From NCBI GenBank assembly GCA_903927505.1, contig CAIYNF010000084.1:4577-68576 (forward strand): DNA of 64,000 nt, given 5' to 3'. The number at the start of each line of letters is the position of its first letter. Position 1 is the first letter of the stretch. Position numbers and translations under genes: made by a program. Shown here piece by piece: positions 10,109-18,309 of this stretch. Origin of the DNA: an uncultured Bacteroidota bacterium. GTDB lineage: Bacteria > Bacteroidota > Bacteroidia > UKL13-3. Under the pieces are notes generated by a model. It was given only the letters and a program-made list of their open reading frames with translations. It was not told the origin of the DNA and ran no database searches.

Positions 10109-13100
10109 ATGACTAAAATAAATTACTTTTTTATTTCTCTTTTCTTTCTTTCAACAAGTTTATCTGCGCAAGTGGTGCGTGATCCATTGAAAGCAAAAAA
10201 CCCCGCAGATCTTGAGCTAATTTTTAAAAACAATTTTGCTGTTCAACAAAAGATTTTAGCAGATAAAGCAGCCACTTTAAATTACCCATCAAGGGTAGTT
10301 TTAAAAAATGGGGTGGTGCGCGAATTGGTAAGTATTTCGCCAACAGGCATGCCTATTTATGTGCAAACTACCAATAATGTAGATGCTGCAAAAACTATTT
10401 CTACCAATAAAGTTTGGCCTGCAGGTTCTTTGGGTTTAAGTCTTACTGGTTCGGGCATGACCAACCGCATGGGTGTTTGGGATGGAGGTGCCGTGCGCAC
10501 AACGCACCAAGAGTTTCAAAGTAGAGCAACCCAGATTGATGGTTCAACTACTTTAAGTGACCATGCAACGCATGTTTGCGGTACCATGATGGCTTACGGA
10601 GTTGTTGCCAATGCCAAAGGGATGAGTTACCAGGCACCAATTAAATGTTCGGATTGGACCAATGATGCAAGTGAGATGTCGTCTGCTGCGGCTGCAGGCA
10701 TGTTGGTTTCAAATCACTCTTATGCACAAATTTCGGGTTGGCAATACAATTCAGATTTATCGCGTTGGGAGTTTTGGGGTGATCCAAGTATTAGTACCGT
10801 TGAAGATTATAAATATGGTTTTTATGATGGCATAAGTGCACAATGGGATCAAATAGCTGTTAATTATCCAAACTACTTGCCATTTGTTGCCGCTGGTAAC
10901 GATAGAGGCGAGCCTGGCACTATTCCAGCAACTTTTTATATACGCGATTTAAATGGCAATTGGGTTTTAGGTAATTCTGCCAATCCGCCTGCTGCCATTG
11001 GTCCTTATGGCTGTATCAGCGGTGGTTCGGCCAATGGAAAAAATGTTTTAACCGTTGGAGCCGTTAATAAAATTTTAACAGGTTGGACAAAATCCAGCGA
11101 TGTTGTAATGAGTAGTTTTAGTGGTTGGGGACCAACAGATGATGGTCGTATAAAACCAGATGTAGTTGCAAATGGGGTATCTGTTTATTCTTCCATTTCT
11201 ACTGCAGATAATTCTTATTCAACCTTCAATGGCACATCAATGGCAACGCCAAATGCCTGTGGTTCTGCTTTGTTGATCCAACAGCATTATAATAATTTAA
11301 AAGGCGCTTTCATGCGTTCTTCAACTTTAAAAGGCTTAATTATCCATACAGCTGATGAGGCCGGAGCAAATATTGGTCCTGATTACACTTATGGTTGGGG
11401 TTTAATGAATACTGGCAAAGCGGTGAGCACTATTTCAGATACCGCAAAAAGTGTTATTCAACAAAATTCACTTTCAAGTTCAGCCACCTATACCTTTACC
11501 TTTTTCTCAGATGGAACCAGCCCTATTAGAGCAACCATTTGTTGGACAGATAAGCCTGGGAGTTCTCCAAATCCATCTTTAAATCCTTCAAGCAAAATGT
11601 TGGTAAACGATTTGGATGTAAGAGTAAAAAGAAATTCAGACAATGTTTTGTTTTATCCTTATGTATTAAATAGAACAGCGCCAAGTATAGCTGCCACCAC
11701 AGGAGATAATAGTATTGACAATGTAGAACAGGTTTATGTTGCTGCACCAACAGCAGGTACTTATACCATTACCGTAACGGGTAAAACTTCATTGGTTGGC
11801 GGTTCACAACCTTATGCATTAATTGTTACAGGAATTTCACCAAAACCAACTGCGGCTTTTACAGCTGCAAACAAACTAATGTGCAGTGGAAAAACAGTTG
11901 TGTTTACAGATCAATCAACTGCAGCAACCAGCAGAATGTGGTATTTTCCGGGTTCTACAACACCAACAAGTACTACATTAAATCCAACAGTTACGTATAA
12001 TATTCCAGGTGTTTACCCAGTTGCTTTGCGTATTAGTTCAGCAACCGGTTACGATTCAATTTACAAAGATGATTATATTACAGTTGGTGGTTTGCCTTTG
12101 CCATTTAATGAAACATTTGAAAGCACTTCCGCTACCAAAAATTTATGGTTGGTAGAAAATCCAAACAATGATACTACTTGGCATTTATATACCATTGCAG
12201 GAACTACACCAGGAAATACCGCTTATGGAATCAACAACTATGATTTTCCTAAAACTGCTTTCCTTGATAGAATTGTAACACCTATTTTAGATTTAAAAGG
12301 ATACCAAAATGCCTTGTTAGAATTTCAACATGCTTATACCCGTTATGATTCTACAAAATCAGATTCTCTTATCATTTATATCAGTACCAATTGTGGTACT
12401 TCTTATGTTAGAATTGCTGGTTATGGAGAGAACGACAATGGCAGTTTTGCCACAGCCCCAGATAATACGTACTTGTCGGCCAATAGGTTTATTCCATGTA
12501 AAGCCGGAGATTGGTGTGGCGGGGGTGTAGGGCCAAATTGTTTTTCAGTAAATTTAACGCCTTATGTAGGTAATAATAATATCAGAATTAGGTTCGAACA
12601 GAAATCTAATAATGGTAACAATATGTTTATTGACAATGTAAAAGTAACAGGTACGCCTAATAATCCTGTTGCCAATTTTTATGCGCTAAGCAGAACGGTA
12701 TGTGTTGGAGATGAATTGCAATTGTTAGATTCTAGTTTAAACAAACCAGATCAATGGATGTGGTATGTTACTGATGCCGATACTTTGAACTATACCATCA
12801 GAAATCCAAAGGTTAAATTCTTAAGCGCAGGAACAAAATCTATTGCTTTATCTGTAAAAAATGCAACAGGAAAAGACAGCATTACCCGGGTGAATTACAT
12901 CACTGTTTTACCATCACCTGCTATTCCTAGTATTAGCGCATCTAGAGGCTTGGCCTTGTGCGATGGAGATAGCACCACTTTGAGCACCAATGCAACAAGT
13001 GGATTTGCTTGGTATAAAAATAATTTACCTTTTTCAACTTCAATTACCAGTTTTCAAACCAAAGAAGAAGCATTGTTTTATGTGCGACAATCAAGTGCAA

Positions 13101-13915
13101 ATGGATGTTGGTCTAAATCTGAGATGCTTATGGTTCAAACAGGAACTACTCCTGTAAAACCTATTTTAACCAAAGACCTTTCTGGTAATGTGTTTTGTGA
13201 AGGAGGTTCATTTAATTTATTTTCAAGCGCTGCAAGCAATAACCAATGGTATATTAACGACACGCTGTTTTCGGGTCAAATTGCCAGCACCTTAAATTAT
13301 AATAATTCAGGTGAATTCAAGGTAAAACTTACAGAAAAAATTTGTTCTGTTTTTTCAGATTCTTTGTTAATCACAAAATTGCCACGACCAGTTACTTCAG
13401 AAATTTCTGGTGTAACATGGGCTGTAAAAGGAGATACCGCAAGCTTTTCTGTTATACCAGGTATGGCTGGTTCAGTTTTTACTTGGTCGCCAGTTGGCGC
13501 TACAGTGCAAACAGGAGCTGGAACTTCTTCGGTACAAGTTAAATACGGAACAGGAACAACAGCTGCCATAGGTGTGCAAGAAATTGCCAGCAATAATTGC
13601 AGAGGCGTTCAAAAATTATTAAATGTAAATTTAGTCAATACTGGCGTACTAAAAGTAAGTCCAGAAAATGCAATCCGTGTATTCCCAAATCCAGTTTCAC
13701 AGCATATTAAAGTGCAGCTTGAAACCAATAAAGCAGAAGAAGTGGAAGTAATTATTTACAATATGCTTGGTCAAAATATGAGCAAAGAGCAATATGTTTC
13801 AAACCTCGGCACAATGGTGAAGGACATCAATGTGCAAGCGCTTCCAGCAGGATTATATATTATTAAAGTGAAGATGGGCGACAAAATTTTCACCAAAAAC
13901 TTCGTGAAAGAATAA
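10109..13915 (+). CDS. Multidomain S8 (subtilisin-family) serine peptidase with PKD-like modules and a T9SS type A C-terminal sorting domain
   Basis: Signal peptide. Catalytic triad contexts GVWDGGAV (Asp), DHATHVCGTM (His), GTSMATPNACGSALL (Ser). PKD-like repeats (FTAANKLMCSGKTVVFTDQS, FYALSRTVCVGDELQLLDSS). Por_Secre_tail-like end VFPNPVSQHIKVQL...LPAGLYIIKVKMGDKIFTKNFVKE. Confidence 0.9.
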   Translation: MTKINYFFISLFFLSTSLSAQVVRDPLKAKNPADLELIFKNNFAVQQKILADKAATLNYPSRVVLKNGVVRELVSISPTGMPIYVQTTNNVDAAKTISTNKVWPAGSLGLSLTGSGMTNRMGVWDGGAVRTTHQEFQSRATQIDGSTTLSDHATHVCGTMMAYGVVANAKGMSYQAPIKCSDWTNDASEMSSAAAAGMLVSNHSYAQISGWQYNSDLSRWEFWGDPSISTVEDYKYGFYDGISAQWDQIAVNYPNYLPFVAAGNDRGEPGTIPATFYIRDLNGNWVLGNSANPPAAIGPYGCISGGSANGKNVLTVGAVNKILTGWTKSSDVVMSSFSGWGPTDDGRIKPDVVANGVSVYSSISTADNSYSTFNGTSMATPNACGSALLIQQHYNNLKGAFMRSSTLKGLIIHTADEAGANIGPDYTYGWGLMNTGKAVSTISDTAKSVIQQNSLSSSATYTFTFFSDGTSPIRATICWTDKPGSSPNPSLNPSSKMLVNDLDVRVKRNSDNVLFYPYVLNRTAPSIAATTGDNSIDNVEQVYVAAPTAGTYTITVTGKTSLVGGSQPYALIVTGISPKPTAAFTAANKLMCSGKTVVFTDQSTAATSRMWYFPGSTTPTSTTLNPTVTYNIPGVYPVALRISSATGYDSIYKDDYITVGGLPLPFNETFESTSATKNLWLVENPNNDTTWHLYTIAGTTPGNTAYGINNYDFPKTAFLDRIVTPILDLKGYQNALLEFQHAYTRYDSTKSDSLIIYISTNCGTSYVRIAGYGENDNGSFATAPDNTYLSANRFIPCKAGDWCGGGVGPNCFSVNLTPYVGNNNIRIRFEQKSNNGNNMFIDNVKVTGTPNNPVANFYALSRTVCVGDELQLLDSSLNKPDQWMWYVTDADTLNYTIRNPKVKFLSAGTKSIALSVKNATGKDSITRVNYITVLPSPAIPSISASRGLALCDGDSTTLSTNATSGFAWYKNNLPFSTSITSFQTKEEALFYVRQSSANGCWSKSEMLMVQTGTTPVKPILTKDLSGNVFCEGGSFNLFSSAASNNQWYINDTLFSGQIASTLNYNNSGEFKVKLTEKICSVFSDSLLITKLPRPVTSEISGVTWAVKGDTASFSVIPGMAGSVFTWSPVGATVQTGAGTSSVQVKYGTGTTAAIGVQEIASNNCRGVQKLLNVNLVNTGVLKVSPENAIRVFPNPVSQHIKVQLETNKAEEVEVIIYNMLGQNMSKEQYVSNLGTMVKDINVQALPAGLYIIKVKMGDKIFTKNFVKE

Positions 13916-13933
13916 ACACGAAAATAAGAAAAC

Positions 13934-13962
13934 AAAAAAAGAGGCCATCGGCCTCTTTTTTT
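13934..13962. terminator. Bidirectional Rho-independent terminator between convergent genes
   Basis: AAAAAAAGAGGCC-ATC-GGCCTCTTTTTTT: a GC stem flanked by an A-run and a T-run, so it reads as a terminator on both strands. Confidence 0.8.
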
Positions 13963-13964
13963 GT

Positions 13965-14936
13965 TTAATGGTTTCTGTCAATTATAAATTCAACCAATTG
14001 CCTTACATTTTCTTTTACTTCAGAATCCGGCAAATCATTTAATATGGCAAGCGCCTCCTCTTTGTATTTATTCATGGCCTTTTTTGTATAATCAATGCCA
14101 TTGTGCGCATTTACATAATCAATTACTTCAGCTACTTTCTTTTTATTGTTATGGTGATTTTTAATAGTGCTAATTATTTTGCTCCTCACCTTTGGTTCGG
14201 CCTGGTTTAAAGTATAAATGATGGGTAGTGTTAATTTCTTTTCTTTTAGGTCGATCCCTTTGGGTTTGCCAATATCATCATCGCCATAATCCATGAGATC
14301 ATCCTTCATTTGAAAGGCAATACCAATTTTTTCTCCAAACAAACGCATTTGTTCTATTTGCGCTTCGTTAGCACCTGCAGAAGCAGCGCCAATGGCGCAA
14401 CACGAGGCAATAAGGGAGGCAGTTTTCTTTCTTATAATATCGTAATAAACGTCCTCAGATAAATTTAGATTGCGGGTTTTTTCAATTTGCAAAAGTTCTC
14501 CTTCGCTCATTTCTTTTACCGCATTGCTTACTATTTCTAATAGATGGTAATCTTTGTTTTGAACAGAGAGCAATAGGCCACGACTTAATAAATAATCGCC
14601 CACTAAAACAGCAATTTTATTTTTCCAAAGTGCATTAATGGAGAAGAAACCACGGCGTTCATCACTGTCATCAACAACATCATCATGCACCAAGGTTGCG
14701 GTATGTAATAATTCAACCAAGCTTGCTGCTCTGTATGTTGAATCGTTGATATTATTGAATAATTTGGCACTAAAGAAAACGAAGATGGGCCTAATCTGTT
14801 TGCCTTTTCGTTTAATTATATAGTTCATGATGGTGTCCAAAAGAGGCACGGTGCTTCTCATGGCTTCCCTGAATTTGGTTTCAAACAAATCCAGTTCATT
14901 GTCTATGGGTGCTTTAATTTGATTTAACTTGCTCAC
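13965..14936 (-). CDS. Polyprenyl diphosphate synthase (IspB/octaprenyl-type trans-prenyltransferase)
   Basis: First and second Asp-rich motifs LVHDDVVDDSDERRG and FQMKDDLMDY. 323 aa. GTG start. Confidence 0.85.
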   Translation of the reverse strand: MSKLNQIKAPIDNELDLFETKFREAMRSTVPLLDTIMNYIIKRKGKQIRPIFVFFSAKLFNNINDSTYRAASLVELLHTATLVHDDVVDDSDERRGFFSINALWKNKIAVLVGDYLLSRGLLLSVQNKDYHLLEIVSNAVKEMSEGELLQIEKTRNLNLSEDVYYDIIRKKTASLIASCCAIGAASAGANEAQIEQMRLFGEKIGIAFQMKDDLMDYGDDDIGKPKGIDLKEKKLTLPIIYTLNQAEPKVRSKIISTIKNHHNNKKKVAEVIDYVNAHNGIDYTKKAMNKYKEEALAILNDLPDSEVKENVRQLVEFIIDRNH

Positions 14937-15022
14937 TGTACCCGCAAATAAAACAATTTATCCTGTTTTTTTTATTCAGGCATAACTGATTTATATTAGC
15001 ACTTTATTTAATTCTCCTTTTT

Positions 15023-16390
15023 ATGGCAAAAACGCATTCTACCTTTTTCTGCAAAAATTGCGGTGTTTCTTCAGCAAAATGGGTGGGTAAATGCCCTGCC
15101 TGTGGCGAATGGAACACTTTTATGGAGGAAGTGGTTCACAAGGAAAAGGAAGATTTTAAAAGTACTTGGAAGAAAGAAGGTCATATTGCTTCCCGCAAAC
15201 CTATTTTAATCAATGAGGTTGAAAAAGGAAATGAGCAAAGAATACCTCTTAAAGACCAAGAATTATCGCGTGTATTGGGGGGTGGCTTGGTGCCTGGAAG
15301 TGTTGTTCTTATTGGTGGTGAGCCGGGTATTGGAAAGTCTACCTTGTTGCTACAAGTTGCTTTGCAATTCAAAGATTTAAAAGTACTTTATATCAGTGGG
15401 GAAGAAAGCGAAACCCAAATTAAAATGCGTGCAGAACGTATCCCATTTGCCAACGAAAATTGTTTTCTCTTTACCGAAACTTCCACACAAAAAATTGGTA
15501 AAGCCTTCAAAGAATTACAGCCAGACCTGGTAGTAGTAGATTCGATCCAAACGCTGCAATCAGATATTATAGACAGTACTCCTGGAAGTATTTCTCAAAT
15601 AAAAGAAACTGCCAGTGATATGATTCGTTTTGCCAAAGAAACGGGCACACCCGTTTTTTTAATTGGCCATATTACCAAAGATGGCACTTTGGCTGGTCCC
15701 AAATTACTAGAGCACATGGTTGATACCGTTCTGCAATTTGAAGGGGATAGGCACCATGTTTACCGCATTTTGCGCAGCACTAAAAACAGGTTTGGGTCGA
15801 CCAATGAAATAGGCATTTATGAAATGCAGCAGGGCGGCTTGCGAGAAGTAAGTAATCCTTCTGAAATATTAATTTCGCAAAGGGATGAAGCCTTAAGTGG
15901 TGTTTCAATTTCTGCAACTTTGGAAGGAATGCGCCCTTTATTAATAGAAACCCAAGCCTTGGTAAGTGCTGCTGTATATGGCACTCCGCAAAGAAACTCA
16001 AATGGCTATGATGGCAAAAGATTAAATATGCTCTTAGCCATTTTGGAAAAAAAATGTGGTCTTCGCATGGGCATGCAAGATGTGTTTGTAAATATTGCAG
16101 GTGGCCTGCGTGTTGAAGATCCGGGCATTGATTTAAGTATTGTAGCCTCCATCGTTTCAAGTTATGAAAACTTGCCAATCGACAATAAAATTTGCTTTGT
16201 GGGTGAAATAGGTTTGAGTGGAGAAATACGTGCCGTGAGTAGGATTGAGCAAAGAATATCGGAAGCAGAAAAATTAGGATTTAAAACTGTTTACCTTTCT
16301 AAGTTCAATAAGTTGCCCAATTCAAAAACCTCTTTAAAAATAGTAGAAGTTTCCAAGGTAGAAGAAATGCTGCAGTTCCTTTTTGGCTAA
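15023..16390 (+). CDS. radA: DNA repair protein RadA
   Basis: N-terminal zinc finger CKNCGVSSAKWVGKCPACGEWNTF, Walker A GEPGIGKSTLLLQ, the RadA motif KNRFGSTNEIGIYEM, and a Lon-like C-terminal domain. Confidence 0.95.
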   Translation: MAKTHSTFFCKNCGVSSAKWVGKCPACGEWNTFMEEVVHKEKEDFKSTWKKEGHIASRKPILINEVEKGNEQRIPLKDQELSRVLGGGLVPGSVVLIGGEPGIGKSTLLLQVALQFKDLKVLYISGEESETQIKMRAERIPFANENCFLFTETSTQKIGKAFKELQPDLVVVDSIQTLQSDIIDSTPGSISQIKETASDMIRFAKETGTPVFLIGHITKDGTLAGPKLLEHMVDTVLQFEGDRHHVYRILRSTKNRFGSTNEIGIYEMQQGGLREVSNPSEILISQRDEALSGVSISATLEGMRPLLIETQALVSAAVYGTPQRNSNGYDGKRLNMLLAILEKKCGLRMGMQDVFVNIAGGLRVEDPGIDLSIVASIVSSYENLPIDNKICFVGEIGLSGEIRAVSRIEQRISEAEKLGFKTVYLSKFNKLPNSKTSLKIVEVSKVEEMLQFLFG

Positions 16391-17007
16391 TGGATGTCCA
16401 CTACCAATTGTATCTTTTTTAAATCTTCTATAAACCAATTGTCAACTGGCAATTTTGCCCAAATGGTATGAATGCCGGCCTGTTCAGCGCCTTTGATATT
16501 TATTGGCATATCGTCCACAAAAATACTTTCTTCTCCTTTTATACCTGCAGCAGCTAATACGTGTTTGTAACATTCCACGGCGGGTTTGCGCAAACCAATT
16601 TCATGCGATAAAAATATTTTTGAAAACAAGTTTTCAAAAACTTCTTTGCCATGCTCTTGGTATACGGCATCAATATGAATTGAGTTGGTATTGCTTAATA
16701 AAATGAGTTGATAGTCTTTTTTTAAACTGTTAATTAAGTCAACGCGTTCGCTTGGCAGTTCAAGTAACATGCTGTTCCAAGCATGGATAATTGCTTCCTT
16801 TGAAGCTGTTCCACTTAAATGCGCGTGAAGCGTATCAACAAAAAAATTGGCATCAATTTTACCTGTTTCAAAATCAGTAAATAAGGAAGAATTTTCGTTG
16901 AGTTGGTCTAAATCTGCACCTAATTTTTTGAAGGCACGAATGGTTTTTTGTTGATCCAAATTCAATACCACACCGCCTAAATCGAAAATAATATTCTTTA
17001 TTGCCAT
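16387..17007 (-). CDS. HAD-superfamily (subfamily IA) hydrolase/phosphatase
   Basis: Motif I IIFDLGGVVLN, motif II LLSNTN, motif III/IV K...FVDD. 43 bp downstream of, and on the same strand as, the GGGPS-family gene. Confidence 0.75.
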   Translation of the reverse strand: MAIKNIIFDLGGVVLNLDQQKTIRAFKKLGADLDQLNENSSLFTDFETGKIDANFFVDTLHAHLSGTASKEAIIHAWNSMLLELPSERVDLINSLKKDYQLILLSNTNSIHIDAVYQEHGKEVFENLFSKIFLSHEIGLRKPAVECYKHVLAAAGIKGEESIFVDDMPINIKGAEQAGIHTIWAKLPVDNWFIEDLKKIQLVVDIH

Positions 17008-17050
17008 ATAAGCTTAAAACGCAGGAATTGAAAAATGGTTTTGGTAAATG

Positions 17051-17809
17051 CTAATTGCTAGCGTTTTGTTGGTGTATGGCCTTGCTCAATAAGCCAACCA
17101 AACTTGGGTCTTTTTCAATGGCGTTTCCAACTACCACTATATCTGCACCAGCATGGCAAGCCGCAAGCGCTTGTTCTGGTGTTCTAATTCCTCCTCCAAT
17201 AAAGAGTGGTCCAGAAATTTGAGATTTAACCTCGGCTATCATGCTGGCAGAAATTGGGTTTTTAGCACCGCTACCAGCATCCATATAAATTACTTTTAAG
17301 CCTAACATTTCACCAGCTAAAGCTGTACAAGAGGCAATATTGTCTTTATCTGATGGAAGTGGCGTTGTATTACTCATGTACATTACGCTGGTAATATTGC
17401 CACCATCTACAATCATATAACCGGTTGGAATAACTTCTATGCCCGATTTTTTTAATAAAGGAGCAGCTAATACATGTTTGCCAATAAGCAAATCCGGATT
17501 TCTTCCACTAATCATACTCAAAAATAAAATGGCGTCGGCCGCTTTATGAGTTTGCATCACATTGCCTGGGAATAAAACTACCGGAATACTTGTATTGGCT
17601 TTAATAAGTTCTATGCAGCGATCCCAAAAGCCATTGGTAATTAAACTGCCACCAACCAACAACATATCTACTTTTTGTTCTTCACAGTTTTTAATCAGCT
17701 CTAATAGGCCCGCCTCTGAATGCAAACTATCTGGGTCAATTAATACAGCAAGCTGCTTAATGCCCTTTTTTGTTTTTTCTAATAAGGTGGAATAAAAGTT
17801 TGTTTTCAC
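17051..17809 (-). CDS. Geranylgeranylglyceryl / heptaprenylglyceryl phosphate synthase family protein (PcrB/GGGPS)
   Basis: TIM-barrel family pattern LLVGGSL...PVVLFPGN...YMDAGSGA...LFIGGGIRTPEQA...GADIVVVGNAIE; about 250 aa. Confidence 0.8.
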   Translation of the reverse strand: MKTNFYSTLLEKTKKGIKQLAVLIDPDSLHSEAGLLELIKNCEEQKVDMLLVGGSLITNGFWDRCIELIKANTSIPVVLFPGNVMQTHKAADAILFLSMISGRNPDLLIGKHVLAAPLLKKSGIEVIPTGYMIVDGGNITSVMYMSNTTPLPSDKDNIASCTALAGEMLGLKVIYMDAGSGAKNPISASMIAEVKSQISGPLFIGGGIRTPEQALAACHAGADIVVVGNAIEKDPSLVGLLSKAIHQQNASN

Positions 17810-18309
17810 TGCAAATACAAATGACTATGGAACAAATTAAAGACTTTTTATTTAAATTATTGCTTTTGACTTTAAGCGAATTGCAATGACCACTTTTTTT
17901 TTGCTTTTGCAAGTTAAATTTTTTTGTGGCTCGGGTTTTGTATAAAGGTGTATCCTTTACAAGACAAACCATTGATTATTAAGAAATTGTTGTCTCCTTC
18001 AATTCCGCAAGTAGCAAGGGGTCGCTTGTTAATAACTAATGTTATGAACACCCAAACCCATAGCTTTTACAAAGCGAAAAAGAAATCAACAGCCCTTTCT
18101 GTTGAAATTGATTTTTGAAAGAGAACTTTTTAAAGAGGACTTTTGGATTAAAAACCCCCTAAAAGTTTTAGTGAGTTTTTTTAAAGTAATAATTCGGTGT
18201 TTCTTTTTTTACTTCTCTATTGTCTCCCTAAATAGCATTAGAATGAAATAAAATCTTAGATACTGTATTAAAGTATATAAAATATAGAAAAAAATTACCT
18301 GACCTACAA

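Noticed and set aside
17757-18118. ORFs 17757..17972 (-) and 17924..18118 (+) in the nrdJ leader.
   Set aside because: Their translations are Lys/Asn/Leu-rich and low in complexity. They overlap each other and the pcrB start, and I saw no promoter or family motif. I treat the region as non-coding.
17810-18309. Cobalamin riboswitch upstream of the B12-dependent RNR.
   Set aside because: I searched by eye for the B12 box (GCCACTG) and the conserved GC-rich multi-stem core and found neither. The region is too AT-rich for that fold.
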